A stretch of DNA of 64,000 nucleotides from Bdellovibrionales bacterium (GTDB lineage Bacteria > Bdellovibrionota > Bdellovibrionia > Bdellovibrionales > Bdellovibrionaceae). The notes below the pieces were generated by a model. The model made no database searches. It had not been told where the DNA came from and was given only the letters and a program-made list of their open reading frames with translations. The stretch covers positions 160,001 to 224,000 of the forward strand of contig JANMPT010000028.1 in the NCBI GenBank assembly GCA_031370005.1, written 5' to 3'. Both the position numbers and the translations under genes were made by a program. Shown here in pieces: positions 8,808-20,060 of this stretch; the first letter of the stretch is position 1; each line of letters opens with the position of its first letter.

Positions 8808-10789
8808 TGACGATGAATACGGAACAAGTAAAAAAAACCAAAGGCCCCATTCGCTTAAATATCCTTATTCCTTTCACCATTATCTGCATTTTGACTTTCA
8901 TCTACTTCCATTTCTTCTTCGACTTCAATCTCAGAAAGGGTTTCGAATGGGCCGGTTACAAAGCCGTCGGGGCTGAGGTAAATATCAATCGACTTGAAAC
9001 CAGTTTTTTTAAAGCAAGCCTCTACATTCGCGGAGTTGAGATCACCGACGCCGATAAGCCTAGGCAAAATATACTAGAAATTGGTGAAATTCGCTGGAGC
9101 ATGTCTTGGGATGCGCTTCTACGCGGAAAAATCCTCATCAATGAAGCTGTAATCGAAAATATTCAATTCGCAACAGCTCGCGAGTTTCCTGGTAAGGTAG
9201 CCCCCCCCACGCCACCTCAAAAACCAGGGCCAGGAATGCTTGAGCAAGAGGCTCAAAAACTTAAAGAGGAAGCCATCGCCAAAGCTCAACAAAACTACGC
9301 TGACAATATGCTCGGCGATCTCGCGGCCATCTTAGGCGGAACTGATGCCCACACTCAACTCGGCAAAATCGAAAGTAGCCTGGCTTCAAAAAAGAAAGCA
9401 CAAGAAATCGAACTCGACATTAAAACAAAGCAAAAAATTTGGGATGAAAAACTTAAAACCCTTCCTCAAGGAAAAGAAATTCAAGCCTTGAGCGATCGCT
9501 TAAATAAAATCAAAACTAAGGACTTTAAAACCCCTCAAGAACTTCAAGCTTCATTGCAAGAGTTTGACGCGGTTTTGAAGCAAGGAGACTCCTTCTACAA
9601 GCAGATAGGCACCACCGGTCAGGACCTTGATAAAGATCTCAAGAAGATCGATGCTGACATCAAAGAACTCGACCTTTTAATTAAGTCAGATGTAAAAGCA
9701 TTAGAGGCGCGCTTCCGCATTCCCGCAATTAACACGAAGGAACTAACTCGCGCGCTTTTCAATAAGTATCTGGGTAAATATGTAGCAAAGATCAATCGCT
9801 ACCGTGCAATGGCTGAAAAGTACATACCACCAAAATATATTAATAAAATTACGGGAAAGAATAAAGCCGGAGCTGTGGACCCAAATGATGTGCCAATCCA
9901 ACCGCATCCGCGTGAAGATGGTATTTCCTATGAGTTCGGACGCAAGAACTCATACCCGCTTTTATGGATCAAAAAAGCTGCGATCAGCTCTCAAGCGGGT
10001 ATGTCACCAAAATCAGGCAACATCCTCGGGCAAATTCTTGATATTAGCTCCAATCAATCACTCACGGGCCATCCGACAGTGATGACGATCAATGGAGACT
10101 TCCCTACAGAACAAATTAAAGACTTGCTGTTAAAATTAGTCTTGGATAATACAAAAGTAGATAGCCTAATTACTTATCAAGTATCCGTGGGTTCCTACCC
10201 GATTAAGGAGGCAGATCTAGTCAACTCCTCGGATGTCAAAATCGGCCTCAAGTCGGCCACTGGTAAATTAAATATTGAAGGCCAGCTCAAGGCTCTGAGA
10301 GAACTCAAAATGAATTTAAACAACCAGTTCACCACTGTAGATTTCGATATTAGCGCAAAAGATGAAAATATCGACAGCATCCTGAAAAAAACGTTCGCAG
10401 AACTACCACTAATCACACTCACGGGCAATGCCTCGGGATATTTACCAAGTATCAGCTTCGACGTCACCTCGAACCTGGGCAGTGAGCTCGAAAAAAGCTT
10501 GCGCAAGCAAGTTGAAACCAAAATTGCCGAAGCCCACAGACAAATCACCGAGTATGTTAACAGAGAGGTTGGGAAACAGCGCGACCAGATCGATGCGCAA
10601 GTAAAACAGATTCGTGAGCAGGTTGACAGCGAAGTTAAAAAAATCCAATCCCAGCTAAATACCCAAAAGAAACAAGCTGAAGGCAAAGCCGATCAAGCAA
10701 AAAAAGATGCGGAAAGCCAAGCCCGAAAAAAACTCGGCGAACAGGGGCAAAAAGCCGTTGATGATTTAAAAAAGAAATTTGGCTTCTAA
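8807..10789 (+). CDS. TIGR03545-family protein (AsmA-like N-terminus, coiled-coil insert)
   Basis: N-terminal TM anchor, GAEVNI..LEIGEI..DALLRGKILINE beta region, long helical segments; start overlaps upstream stop. Confidence 0.72.
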   Translation: MTMNTEQVKKTKGPIRLNILIPFTIICILTFIYFHFFFDFNLRKGFEWAGYKAVGAEVNINRLETSFFKASLYIRGVEITDADKPRQNILEIGEIRWSMSWDALLRGKILINEAVIENIQFATAREFPGKVAPPTPPQKPGPGMLEQEAQKLKEEAIAKAQQNYADNMLGDLAAILGGTDAHTQLGKIESSLASKKKAQEIELDIKTKQKIWDEKLKTLPQGKEIQALSDRLNKIKTKDFKTPQELQASLQEFDAVLKQGDSFYKQIGTTGQDLDKDLKKIDADIKELDLLIKSDVKALEARFRIPAINTKELTRALFNKYLGKYVAKINRYRAMAEKYIPPKYINKITGKNKAGAVDPNDVPIQPHPREDGISYEFGRKNSYPLLWIKKAAISSQAGMSPKSGNILGQILDISSNQSLTGHPTVMTINGDFPTEQIKDLLLKLVLDNTKVDSLITYQVSVGSYPIKEADLVNSSDVKIGLKSATGKLNIEGQLKALRELKMNLNNQFTTVDFDISAKDENIDSILKKTFAELPLITLTGNASGYLPSISFDVTSNLGSELEKSLRKQVETKIAEAHRQITEYVNREVGKQRDQIDAQVKQIREQVDSEVKKIQSQLNTQKKQAEGKADQAKKDAESQARKKLGEQGQKAVDDLKKKFGF

Positions 10790-10812
10790 GTGAATCTACT
10801 TAGTTATAGAGA

Positions 10813-11454
10813 TTAGTTGTGATCCTCATCATCGGCACCCATTGCTGAAGGAGGACTCGCTGTTGATTTTTGATTTGGAAATACAAGTTGCTTGATATAG
10901 GCAACCGCATCATCAGTATGCCAATCAATAGTTCCAGTAATCTTTTTTACAAGCTTAAGTTCCTTATTAAGTAAAAAAGACTCCGGCAGCCGATAGATCT
11001 GGTATTGCTGCGAGAGTTTCTTGTCCTCATCCCATACCACATGAATATTCGGCAATGTCTTCATCTCCGGGAAGGACTTCATAAAACTATCAATATCCTC
11101 TCGCGTAGAATCACCAGAAACAGCAATGAGCTCGAGATCATTTGGAAAAGCCTGCATAAGCTTAATCAGTGATGGAACCTCTTCAACACAGGGCCCGCAC
11201 CAAGACGCCCAGAAATTAACAACAAGTACTTTTCCCTTGAACTGAGAAAGTTTTATGCCACGTCCATCAAGAGTCTTAGATTCAAAGCCAGGCAATTCTT
11301 GATTAATAAGAATCGAGCCCTTCACCGCTTCGGCAGCACGATCAGCAGTTTCTTGCGTTTTCTGCATATAGAGACCAGCTCCTACCAAAATGAGTGCTGC
11401 GATCCCGCCTACAATTAATAATGCTCTAAAGTGCTTATTCATATCTACGCTCAC
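10813..11454 (-). CDS. TlpA-family membrane-anchored thiol-disulfide reductase
   Basis: N-terminal TM; VVNFWASWCGPC; start could be ATG 11442. Confidence 0.88.
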   Translation of the reverse strand: MSVDMNKHFRALLIVGGIAALILVGAGLYMQKTQETADRAAEAVKGSILINQELPGFESKTLDGRGIKLSQFKGKVLVVNFWASWCGPCVEEVPSLIKLMQAFPNDLELIAVSGDSTREDIDSFMKSFPEMKTLPNIHVVWDEDKKLSQQYQIYRLPESFLLNKELKLVKKITGTIDWHTDDAVAYIKQLVFPNQKSTASPPSAMGADDEDHN

Positions 11455-11464
11455 TCTTGGGATT

Positions 11465-11499
11465 CAAAACAATAAAGCCCAGGTTTCCCCAGGCTTTAT
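11465..11499 (-). terminator. Intrinsic terminator ending the alpha operon
   Basis: ATAAAGCCTGGG-GAAA-CCTGGGCTTTAT hairpin followed by TGTTTT. Confidence 0.7.
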
Positions 11500-11533
11500 G
11501 TTAATCATTTTTAAAGGGATTGGGAGCCTAAAG

Positions 11534-12067
11534 TTAAGCTCTTGCTTCGGCTCTATTTTTCTTTTGAATTTTTTTGACGGATTTCTTTTTCCCGGCAACT
11601 GCTTTTGCAGTTACCTTCTTAGCTTTGGAAACTACTTTTTTAGTGCCTTTTTCATCAGCCTTTGTATCAGATACTTTTGCTGACTTACTAGTAGCATTGG
11701 CCTCAAAATCATAATCTACAAACTCAAGAAAAGCCATCTCAGCTGTATCGCCAGGACGACGTCCAATTTTAATAATACGGGTGTAACCACCGGGGCGTGT
11801 CTTAAAACGAACTGATAGATCATCAAGAATAGTTGATCCAACTTTATTTGCCGGGTACCTAGAAAGCAATAAACGACGAGTCGCTAAATCACCTTTTTTT
11901 CCAAGTGTGATCGCTTTTTCGATATGCCTTCTTACCTCTTTCGCCCTATCAACAGTCGTTGTTATGCGGCCATGCTCAACTAAGGAGCTCAAAATGCCAC
12001 TTAACAAGGCCTTACGGGGTCCAGATTTACGACTAAAATGCTTAACTCTTCTTCTGTGTGAACTCAT
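11534..12067 (-). CDS. rplQ: 50S ribosomal protein bL17 with Lys-rich C-terminal extension
   Basis: RITTT..RAKE, RPGGYTRI, RPGD. Confidence 0.96.
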   Translation of the reverse strand: MSSHRRRVKHFSRKSGPRKALLSGILSSLVEHGRITTTVDRAKEVRRHIEKAITLGKKGDLATRRLLLSRYPANKVGSTILDDLSVRFKTRPGGYTRIIKIGRRPGDTAEMAFLEFVDYDFEANATSKSAKVSDTKADEKGTKKVVSKAKKVTAKAVAGKKKSVKKIQKKNRAEARA

Positions 12068-12085
12068 TTTTAACTCCGAGAATAA

Positions 12086-13114
12086 TTACTGAGCTTCTCT
12101 CTTTTGAGGTGGCTGATTAGGATCCCATCCTGGAGGCGGCCATCCGTCTATCTTCATACCCAAACCAAGTCCCATTTCCGATAAAATCTCTTTAATTTCG
12201 TTAAGAGACTTCCTGCCGAAGTTTTTTGTTTTAAGCATTTCAGCTTCAGAGCGCACAACCAACTCGCCGATATAGCGAATATTCGCATTCTTCAAGCAGT
12301 TAGCACTACGAACCGAAAGCTCAAGATCATCAACTGATCTGAAAAGGTTTTCGTTTAATGTAGGAGAAGAGGAGTCTCTAGCTTCCTCAGAAGGCTCCAT
12401 TGTTTCGTCAAAAGTAAGAAAAATTTGCAGTTGTTCTTTCATAATTTTAGATGAAAGAGCAACTGCCTCTTCTGGCTTCAAGGAACCATCAGTCCAGACT
12501 TCCAAGGCCAATGCGTCATAATCAGTTCTTTGTCCAACACGGGCATTAGAGACGCTGTAGTTAACTTTACTAATTGGACTATAAAGAGCATCTACGCCAA
12601 CGTAGCCTACAGGAAATTCTTTTTCTCTGTTTTCAGTTGGAACATATCCACGACCAAAATCAACAATGATTTCAGCACTGAAATTTGCATTCGCGCCTAG
12701 GGTAGCAATGTGCTGCTCAGGATTCAAAACTTCTACTTTATCAGAAGTCACAATATCACCTGCGGTCACTTTGCCGAGACCTTTTTTGGAAATCTTAAGT
12801 GTTAAGCTATCACTCGTATATTGACGAAAGCGAACCTGCTTAAGATTCAAAATAATATCCGTTACGTCCTCAAGAACATCAGTGATTGTGGTGAACTCAT
12901 GAAGAACACCTTCGAACTTAACTGCAGTAATGGCCGATCCCATCATTGAGCTAAGAAGAATCCTTCTCAAAGAATTACCAAGAGTTACGCCAAAACCTCT
13001 CTCGAGTGGGCGAATAATAAATTTTGCGTAGTCATCACGAAGAGTCTCACGATCAACCTCAAATGCCTTAGGCTTGATCATTTCTCTCCAGAATTTATAA
13101 TAGTGTTCTTGCAT
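12086..13114 (-). CDS. rpoA: RNA polymerase alpha subunit
   Basis: [30 protein letters not shown]. Confidence 0.98.
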   Translation of the reverse strand: MQEHYYKFWREMIKPKAFEVDRETLRDDYAKFIIRPLERGFGVTLGNSLRRILLSSMMGSAITAVKFEGVLHEFTTITDVLEDVTDIILNLKQVRFRQYTSDSLTLKISKKGLGKVTAGDIVTSDKVEVLNPEQHIATLGANANFSAEIIVDFGRGYVPTENREKEFPVGYVGVDALYSPISKVNYSVSNARVGQRTDYDALALEVWTDGSLKPEEAVALSSKIMKEQLQIFLTFDETMEPSEEARDSSSPTLNENLFRSVDDLELSVRSANCLKNANIRYIGELVVRSEAEMLKTKNFGRKSLNEIKEILSEMGLGLGMKIDGWPPPGWDPNQPPQKREAQ

Positions 13115-13132
13115 AGCTCCCCCGCGACGTAA

Positions 13133-13759
13133 TTATCTTGAGTAGTATTCTACGATCATATTTTCTTCAACCTGAAGTGCAATATCGTCTCTCACCGGAG
13201 AGTCTTTTACAATACCTTTGAAGTTAGTATGATCAGCTTCAAGCCATGAAGGTACAGATCTTCTCGCAACAGCCTGCACGGCAGATTGGATCTTAACGAC
13301 TTCTTTACTTGCCTCAGTGACTTGAATCACATCACCTTTTTGAACCAGAATACTTGGAATATTTGATCTCTTACCATTCAATAGAAAATGGTTATGCTTT
13401 ACAAGTTGCCTTGCCTCTCTACGGGAATTTGCGTAACCCAATACGTAAACCACATTGTCGAGTCTCATCTCAAGATTCTTAAGAAGTGCAGTCCCCGTCA
13501 ACTCTTTAGAGCGACTTGCCTCTTTAACGTACTTAACAAACTGACCTTCGGAAACACCGTAGTATCTTTTGGTCTTCTGCTTTTCACGAAGCTGAAGGGC
13601 AAACTCGGAAAACTTCAAACGAGACTGTCCATGTTGTCCTGGTGGATAAGGGCGTCTTTCGAAGGCACACTTATCAGTGTAACAACGGTCTCCCTTAAGG
13701 AACAACTTCACATTTTCGCGACGGCAAAGCTTACAGACACTTTGATTAATGCAGCTCAC
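13133..13759 (-). CDS. rpsD: 30S ribosomal protein uS4 (Cys/Zn type)
   Basis: CKLCRR..C..C, LREKQK, RLDNVV, VEYYSR. Confidence 0.97.
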   Translation of the reverse strand: MSCINQSVCKLCRRENVKLFLKGDRCYTDKCAFERRPYPPGQHGQSRLKFSEFALQLREKQKTKRYYGVSEGQFVKYVKEASRSKELTGTALLKNLEMRLDNVVYVLGYANSRREARQLVKHNHFLLNGKRSNIPSILVQKGDVIQVTEASKEVVKIQSAVQAVARRSVPSWLEADHTNFKGIVKDSPVRDDIALQVEENMIVEYYSR

Positions 13760-13770
13760 GACAAATCTCC

Positions 13771-14166
13771 TTAAATTCTTCTACGCTTAGGTGGACGGCA
13801 ACCGTTATGAGGAACGGGAGTAACGTCTTTCAGGGAAAGGATTCTCATACCAGTGGCAGCCAAAGCTCTGATAGCAGGCTCACGACCTGCTCCAGGGCCT
13901 TTAAGATAGACGTCTAAAGACTTCATACCTGCCTCCATGGCCTTTTTTGCGGCGTCTTCAGCAGCAACTTGTGCCGCAAAAGGCGTGCCTTTACGGCTGC
14001 CTTTGAAGCCTAAGTGGCCGGCCGATGACCAAGAAACAGTGTCACCATTAGGATCGGTAATAGTCACGATGACATTGCCGAACCCAGCTTGGATGTAACA
14101 ATTCCCCTGAGGAACATTTCTTTTAACTTTTTTCTTAGCAACAGGCTTCTTTTCCACATTATTCAT
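13771..14166 (-). CDS. rpsK: 30S ribosomal protein uS11
   Basis: [26 protein letters not shown]. Confidence 0.98.
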   Translation of the reverse strand: MNNVEKKPVAKKKVKRNVPQGNCYIQAGFGNVIVTITDPNGDTVSWSSAGHLGFKGSRKGTPFAAQVAAEDAAKKAMEAGMKSLDVYLKGPGAGREPAIRALAATGMRILSLKDVTPVPHNGCRPPKRRRI

Positions 14167-14183
14167 TGATTAGCCACTCCTAG

Positions 14184-14558
14184 TTATACGGCTTTTTTCT
14201 TATTTGCCACAGTCTTCTTAGGCCCCTTGCGAGTACGTGCATTAGAGCGTGTATTCTGACCACGAACCGGCAAGCCTTTACGATGACGAATTCCACGATA
14301 ACAGTTCAAATCCATCAAGCGTTTAATAGCAAGACCGATTTCACGACGAAGATCACCCTCTACCTTAAAGCTTGTCTCGATAACAGAACGCATTTTTGCA
14401 ATCTGTTCATCCGTAAGACCCTCAGTTCTCAAGGTTTGAGGAATTCCAGCATCTTTACAGATTTTACGAGCACGAGGGCGACCAATACCATAGATATAGG
14501 TCAATGCAACTTCCACTCGTTTATTTCTAGGTAAATCGACACCAAGTAAGCGTGCCAT
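14184..14558 (-). CDS. rpsM: 30S ribosomal protein uS13
   Basis: [22 protein letters not shown]. Confidence 0.98.
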   Translation of the reverse strand: MARLLGVDLPRNKRVEVALTYIYGIGRPRARKICKDAGIPQTLRTEGLTDEQIAKMRSVIETSFKVEGDLRREIGLAIKRLMDLNCYRGIRHRKGLPVRGQNTRSNARTRKGPKKTVANKKKAV

Positions 14559-14560
14559 GA

Positions 14561-14674
14561 TTAGCCCTGCCTTTGCTTATGTTTAGGGTTCTCGCAAATA
14601 ACGCGAATCACACCTTTTCTTTTGATAATCTTACACTTATTACAGATTTTCTTTACTGAAGGTCTAACTTTCAT
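14561..14674 (-). CDS. rpmJ: 50S ribosomal protein bL36 (Zn-ribbon type)
   Basis: Not in ORF track; manual translation [37 protein letters not shown]. Confidence 0.98.
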   Translation of the reverse strand: MKVRPSVKKICNKCKIIKRKGVIRVICENPKHKQRQG

Positions 14675-14744
14675 AACTTAATTCCCAAGGTACAAGATAA
14701 TATTAAAAATCTCGAATCTATAACAAATACAAATGCGGTCCGGA

Positions 14745-14773
14745 AAAATAACATTCGGGTAGGCCCTTGTCTA
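14745..14773 (-). promoter_or_regulatory. Putative promoter for rpmJ/alpha operon
   Basis: TAGACA-N17-TATTTT with extended -10 TG. Confidence 0.5.
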
Positions 14774-14790
14774 TCGGTATTTTTAAGATT

Positions 14791-15426
14791 CTAAGAAATA
14801 AGCTTCTTTAAATCTAAAAATATATCCTCAGCCTCTCTCTTGCCATTTACCTCTACATACTTGTGCGACTTCATATAATAGTCCTTCAATGGACTCGTAT
14901 ACTCATCATAACTCTTTAACCGAGCCTCAATGACCTCGGCCTTATCATCACTACGCTGGACAACTTGGCCACCGCAGCTATCGCATATTCCCTCAGTTTT
15001 CGGAGGTCTGCTAATCTCATGATAAACTGCTCCGCAATTTTTACATACCCGTCTGCCAGTCAGGCGACTCATAAGTTCAACTTTAGGTACTTCTAAAAAA
15101 ATAGCTTTAGAAATAGATAAGCAAAGCTTATTCAAAAGTCCATCCAAAGCCTCAGCTTGGGGCACAGTTCTTGGGAAGCCATCCAGTATGAAATTCTTTA
15201 CGCCACTTTTAAGCACTTCCTCAACCATTCCAATAACAATAGTATCAGGAACTAATTGGCCCTTATCCATGTACGACTGAGCCCTAATACCTAGCTCAGT
15301 TTTATTTTTAATCGCTGCCCTAAAAAGATCTCCGGTACTGATTTGAGTCATTCCTTCCCTCTCAACTAACAAGGCAGACTGGGTTCCCTTACCTGCCCCT
15401 GGAGCGCCGAAAAGAATAATGCTCAA
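14791..15426 (-). CDS. adk: Adenylate kinase (Zn-lid type)
   Basis: [23 protein letters not shown] lid. Confidence 0.97.
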   Translation of the reverse strand: MSIILFGAPGAGKGTQSALLVEREGMTQISTGDLFRAAIKNKTELGIRAQSYMDKGQLVPDTIVIGMVEEVLKSGVKNFILDGFPRTVPQAEALDGLLNKLCLSISKAIFLEVPKVELMSRLTGRRVCKNCGAVYHEISRPPKTEGICDSCGGQVVQRSDDKAEVIEARLKSYDEYTSPLKDYYMKSHKYVEVNGKREAEDIFLDLKKLIS

Positions 15427-16748
15427 AATGTAACCCTTCTACTTCTGATTTTAGTTCCCTTAAGGAAACCCTCATATTTTTGGGTATAAATATGAGATTG
15501 AATTTGTTGCGCCGTATCCAAGGCGACGCCTACAAGAATCAACAAACTAGTTCCGCCGAAATAAAATGGAACATTGAATTGGCTCGATAACACGCCCGGG
15601 AGAATGCAGACGACACAAAGATAAATACAGCCAGCAACATTCAAACGATCCAAAACTTTTTGAATATACTCCGCTGTACTTTTGCCAGCTCTTACGCCAG
15701 GAATAAAGCCACCGTATTTTTTTAGATTATCCGCAACTTCACTTGGGTTGAAGACGATCTCAGTATAGAAAAAAGAGAAGAACACAATTAAACCAACAAA
15801 GATAATGTTGTAAATAACTCCAGATGGGTTCAGAGAATCCTGCAAAGACTTCAACCACGGAGCATGAACAAATTGAGCCATTGTTGCTGGAAACATTAAG
15901 AGTGAACTTGCAAAAATTGGTGGAATTACACCAGAGAAGTTAATTTTAATTGGCAAATGACTGCTTGGAGTCTGCATAGACTGCATTCCAGCTCCCTGTC
16001 TTTGAGAATACTGAATTGCAATACGTCTTTGTGCTACTTCCATATAAATAACTGCAGCAATAATAGCAATCATCAATACCAACAACAAAAGCGCCACTGC
16101 CGTACGCATTTCATTAGAGGTCACTAGTTCCCACATTTTATGAGCGCCGCTAGGCACTGAAGACGCAATACCCGTGAATATAATTAAACTTGAGCCGTTT
16201 CCGATTCCACGCTCAGTAATTTGCTCTCCCAGCCACATCACAAAACATGTGCCGGCCGTTAAAGTTATAATTGTCATCATTTGGAATGGGAGGAAGCCAA
16301 CGAATGGCGCAATTACAAGAGATTGGCCAGTTGGACTTGTTGAGTGCATTAGCCAAGAGCTGATTCCATAACCTTGAATAATAGCCAAAGCCACTGTTGC
16401 ATAACGAGTGTATTGATTTATTTTCTTTGTACCCTGTTGACCCTCTTTTTTTAGCGCCTCCAAATAGGGAACCGCCGAGGTCAATAATTGAAAAATGATC
16501 GATGCTGAAATGTAAGGCATGATTCCCAATGCAAAAATACTGAATTGGGAAAGAGCTCCACCCGTAAAGGTGTTAAACAAACCAAAGATTCCGCTACTTT
16601 GAGCCTGAAAAAAAGAAAGAACAGCACTACTATCTACACCAGGAGTTGGCACATGAACCCCGATGCGATACACGGCTAGCATTGCCAAAGTGAAAAAAAT
16701 GCGATTTCTAAGATCAGAATTTTTTGCGATGCTATCTACAGCAGACAC
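15423..16748 (-). CDS. secY: Preprotein translocase SecY
   Basis: [36 protein letters not shown]. Confidence 0.98.
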   Translation of the reverse strand: MSAVDSIAKNSDLRNRIFFTLAMLAVYRIGVHVPTPGVDSSAVLSFFQAQSSGIFGLFNTFTGGALSQFSIFALGIMPYISASIIFQLLTSAVPYLEALKKEGQQGTKKINQYTRYATVALAIIQGYGISSWLMHSTSPTGQSLVIAPFVGFLPFQMMTIITLTAGTCFVMWLGEQITERGIGNGSSLIIFTGIASSVPSGAHKMWELVTSNEMRTAVALLLLVLMIAIIAAVIYMEVAQRRIAIQYSQRQGAGMQSMQTPSSHLPIKINFSGVIPPIFASSLLMFPATMAQFVHAPWLKSLQDSLNPSGVIYNIIFVGLIVFFSFFYTEIVFNPSEVADNLKKYGGFIPGVRAGKSTAEYIQKVLDRLNVAGCIYLCVVCILPGVLSSQFNVPFYFGGTSLLILVGVALDTAQQIQSHIYTQKYEGFLKGTKIRSRRVTF

Positions 16749-17185
16749 TACTTAATTACCTCAATCTTACCACCAGCTGCCTCGATAGCCTTTTTCGCGC
16801 CTTCGCTAAACTTGTGGGCTTTAACAGTTAAAGCTTTTTTAAGTTCGCCATTACCAAGAATCTTAACCAAGCCTTTACCAGCAATACCATGTTGACAAAG
16901 AATCTCAGGATTAACTTCGCCAGAAAGCTTAGTCAATTGGCCAAGGTTCACAATGTTATATTCAGTCGCAAATGCAACGTTGCTAAAGCCAAACTTAGGA
17001 AGGCGTCTCATCAGAGGAGTTTGACCGCCTTCGAAGCCACGACGTACCTTACCACCGGTCCGAGCTAATTGACCTTTATGACCTTTGGCGGCAGTTCCAC
17101 CAAGGCCAGAGCCGATACCGCGACCGACTCTTTTTGGAGCATGCTTAGAACCCGCCTTTGGAGCAAGTGAACTTAAAAGACTCAT
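16748..17185 (-). CDS. rplO: 50S ribosomal protein uL15
   Basis: [22 protein letters not shown]. Confidence 0.98.
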   Translation of the reverse strand: MSLLSSLAPKAGSKHAPKRVGRGIGSGLGGTAAKGHKGQLARTGGKVRRGFEGGQTPLMRRLPKFGFSNVAFATEYNIVNLGQLTKLSGEVNPEILCQHGIAGKGLVKILGNGELKKALTVKAHKFSEGAKKAIEAAGGKIEVIK

Positions 17186-17188
17186 AAA

Positions 17189-17374
17189 TTACCCCTTAAT
17201 ATCTACGGTGATAAGGTGCTGAACTTTCATAATTTGGCCTCGATTAGCTTTGGTATCATTTACCTCAGCACTTTGACGAATTTTTTTAAGACCAAGACAT
17301 CTTGCCGTATCTTTTTGATCTTGAGTGCAGCCAATCAGAGATCTTTTTAATGTTACAATAAATATTTTTGCCAT
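17189..17374 (-). CDS. rpmD: 50S ribosomal protein uL30
   Basis: TLKRSLIG..LGLKKI..KVQHL; position in spc operon. Confidence 0.95.
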   Translation of the reverse strand: MAKIFIVTLKRSLIGCTQDQKDTARCLGLKKIRQSAEVNDTKANRGQIMKVQHLITVDIKG

Positions 17375-17402
17375 TTTCTACCTATACAATCCACAGAGAG
17401 GT

Positions 17403-17858
17403 TTAAATCTGTCTCATTAGTTTAAGTTGTTTCAAGCCATCAATTGTAGCTCTGACCGCATTGTGCGGATTGCGCGTGCCAACACATTTGGTAAGAATAT
17501 CCTTAACACCGACAGACTCTAGAACCGCGCGAACGGCACCGCCTGCAATTACGCCAGTACCAGGAGCGGCAGGCTTCATAACCACCTTCGCTGCGCCGAA
17601 CTTACCAATAACCTCGTGAGGAATAGTTCCCTCTAGCAAATTAATGCCATTGGAATTCTTTTTAGCTGCACGACTAGCCTTACCAATCGCCTCAGGAACT
17701 TCACCAGCTTTACCGGAACCGAATCCGATCTCACCCGCTCCATTACCCACAACAACTAGCGCCGCAAAAGAAAAGCGACGACCGCCTTTAACGACTTTTG
17801 TAACGCGATTAATGGCGACTACACGCTCTTCGAATTCAGCTGTTGAAACTTTCTCCAC
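17403..17858 (-). CDS. rpsE: 30S ribosomal protein uS5
   Basis: [20 protein letters not shown]. Confidence 0.98.
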   Translation of the reverse strand: MEKVSTAEFEERVVAINRVTKVVKGGRRFSFAALVVVGNGAGEIGFGSGKAGEVPEAIGKASRAAKKNSNGINLLEGTIPHEVIGKFGAAKVVMKPAAPGTGVIAGGAVRAVLESVGVKDILTKCVGTRNPHNAVRATIDGLKQLKLMRQI

Positions 17859-17868
17859 AATTCACTCC

Positions 17869-18240
17869 TTAGAAATTAAGGCCGCCCTCACGCGCGCCTT
17901 CAGCAAGAGACTTAACTCGACCATGATACAAATAGCCGTTTCTATCAAAAACTACATTTTTAATATTTTTAGCTAATGCAACTTTTGCAACTGCAATGCC
18001 CACTTCTTTGGCAAGATCTTTACCAGAATTTTTGGTTTCAATACTTACAGAGGAGGCCGCAACCAACGTATGCCCATTAACATCGTTCACAACTTGCGCG
18101 TACATATGCTTACCGCTTCTGAACACACACAAGCGAGGGCGCTCTTCAGTTCCATTAACTGTTTTTCTGATTCTAATTTTCTTGGTGAGACGATTTTTTT
18201 TACGCTCACCTGTATGTTTGCTCATTTTCAACTTCATCAT
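17869..18240 (-). CDS. rplR: 50S ribosomal protein uL18
   Basis: RPRLCVFRS, VFDRNGYLYHGRV. Confidence 0.97.
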   Translation of the reverse strand: MMKLKMSKHTGERKKNRLTKKIRIRKTVNGTEERPRLCVFRSGKHMYAQVVNDVNGHTLVAASSVSIETKNSGKDLAKEVGIAVAKVALAKNIKNVVFDRNGYLYHGRVKSLAEGAREGGLNF

Positions 18241-18252
18241 AACTCACCCCAA

Positions 18253-18795
18253 TTATTTACCAGCAGATTTACCAGTTTTGCGTCTGATATGCTCACCCGC
18301 ATAACGAACACCTTTTCCAAGATAAGGCTCTGGCGGACGAAAGCTGCGAACCTTTGCAGCCACTTGTCCAACAAGCTCTTTACTGGCACCAGTAATGCTA
18401 ATAGTTGTTTGCTTATCGACTTTGATCTCTATGCCCTCAGGAATATCGAAAATTACAGGGTGACTGAAACCTAAAGAAAGTTCCAATTTTTTTCCTGTGG
18501 CATTTGCACGATAACCGACACCATGGAGCTCAAGACCTTTAGTGAAACCTTTAGTTACACCAATAACTGCATTTTGAATAAGTGACCTGTATAGGCCATG
18601 AAGCGCCTTGCTCTCTTTAGAGTCATCTACGCGGGAAAGAACAACTTTCTTGCCATCCAACTTTGCCGTAACTGCTGGCAACATATGAATGCTCAAAGAG
18701 CTTTTTGCTCCTTTAACAAGTACTTCGTTCTTAGGAGTTAAACTCACTTGAACCTTATCATCAAAAATTACTGGAGCCTTACCTATACGAGACAT
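18253..18795 (-). CDS. rplF: 50S ribosomal protein uL6
   Basis: MSRIGK, GVGYRA, PEPYLGKG. Confidence 0.98.
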   Translation of the reverse strand: MSRIGKAPVIFDDKVQVSLTPKNEVLVKGAKSSLSIHMLPAVTAKLDGKKVVLSRVDDSKESKALHGLYRSLIQNAVIGVTKGFTKGLELHGVGYRANATGKKLELSLGFSHPVIFDIPEGIEIKVDKQTTISITGASKELVGQVAAKVRSFRPPEPYLGKGVRYAGEHIRRKTGKSAGK

Positions 18796-18802
18796 AATTC
18801 AC

Positions 18803-19192
18803 CTACCAAACAGTGCAAAGAAGTTCACCACCAAGATTTTTCTCGGTAGCTTGCTTGTCGCTTAAGATTCCCTTACTAGTACTCAAAATACACATGCCAA
18901 GACCAGATCTTACTTTAGGAATCTGAGTTGCTTTCACATATAAGCGACGGCCCGGAGTACTTACCTTATCTAAAGAAGTAATCGCATGCTGACCATCTTC
19001 CGAATATTTTAAGTAAACACGCATAACACCTTGCTTAGAGTCCTTAGCAACTTTAAAGCTACGAATGTAACCTTCGTTAACTAAAATTTGAGCAATACCA
19101 GTCCTAATTTTAGAGGCCGGCAGGTCAACTTTTTCGTGTTGAGATCTTCCTGCGTTGCGAATAACTGTAAGAAATTGAGCAATTGTATCCAT
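18803..19192 (-). CDS. rpsH: 30S ribosomal protein uS8
   Basis: LTVIRNA, STPGRRLY, STSKG, GGE. Confidence 0.97.
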   Translation of the reverse strand: MDTIAQFLTVIRNAGRSQHEKVDLPASKIRTGIAQILVNEGYIRSFKVAKDSKQGVMRVYLKYSEDGQHAITSLDKVSTPGRRLYVKATQIPKVRSGLGMCILSTSKGILSDKQATEKNLGGELLCTVW

Positions 19193-19200
19193 AGTTTCCT

Positions 19201-19506
19201 CTACCAGCTTGCCTTAGTTACGCCCGGCAATTTACCATCAAGGGCCAATTGTCTGAATGCGAGTCTTGAAAGACCGAATTTTTTATAGTTGCCTCGTGGT
19301 CGGCCAGTAATCTCACAACGTGTAATAACACGGTTTACGTTAGTGTCTCGAGGCAAGGCCTGAAGCTTTTTACGAGCCAAGGCCCTTTCGTCATCAGAAG
19401 CCTTTGCATCCACTGCTTTTGTTCTAAGCTCTTCTCTATGCTTGAAATATCTTTTAGCGAGAGCTTTTCTTTTATTATTTTTCTCAATACTTGCTTTGCG
19501 AGCCAA
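19201..19506 (-). CDS. rpsN: 30S ribosomal protein uS14 (long, Zn-independent form)
   Basis: 101 aa; [23 protein letters not shown]. Confidence 0.97.
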   Translation of the reverse strand: MARKASIEKNNKRKALAKRYFKHREELRTKAVDAKASDDERALARKKLQALPRDTNVNRVITRCEITGRPRGNYKKFGLSRLAFRQLALDGKLPGVTKASW

Positions 19507-19520
19507 ATGACACCTATCCT

Positions 19521-20060
19521 TTATTTTCTGAATGGCATGCCGAGTGCTTCTAGAAGAGCTCTTCCATCAGCATCATTTTTAGCAGTTGTACATACTGTGA
19601 TATTCATGCCGCGCACTTTATCAACTCTATCATAGTTGATCTCGGGAAACACAATTTGCTCTTTCAAGCCCATGTTATAATTTCCACGTCCATCGAAACC
19701 TTTAGCAGGAAGACCGCGAAAATCTCTCACTCGCGGGAGCGCTAAAGTATTTAAACGGTCGATGAAGGACCACATTTTTTCTCTTCTCAAGGTCACACGA
19801 ACGCCAAGAGGAATACCAGCTCTTAATTTAAAGTTGGAAATCGCCTTTTTCGCTTTCGTAATAACCGCTTTTTGACCAGTTATCGCAGTGATTTCATCAA
19901 CGACAGTATTCAAAATCTTAGGATTCTGCACTGCCTCACTCAAGCAAACACTCAACACAATTTTCTCTAATCGAGGAACTTGCATTACATTTTTAGCACC
20001 CATTTTTTTCATCAAAGAAGGGGCAATTTCTTTGTTATATCTATTTTGCAAGCGATTCAC
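19521..20060 (-). CDS. rplE: 50S ribosomal protein uL5
   Basis: [20 protein letters not shown]. Confidence 0.98.
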   Translation of the reverse strand: MNRLQNRYNKEIAPSLMKKMGAKNVMQVPRLEKIVLSVCLSEAVQNPKILNTVVDEITAITGQKAVITKAKKAISNFKLRAGIPLGVRVTLRREKMWSFIDRLNTLALPRVRDFRGLPAKGFDGRGNYNMGLKEQIVFPEINYDRVDKVRGMNITVCTTAKNDADGRALLEALGMPFRK

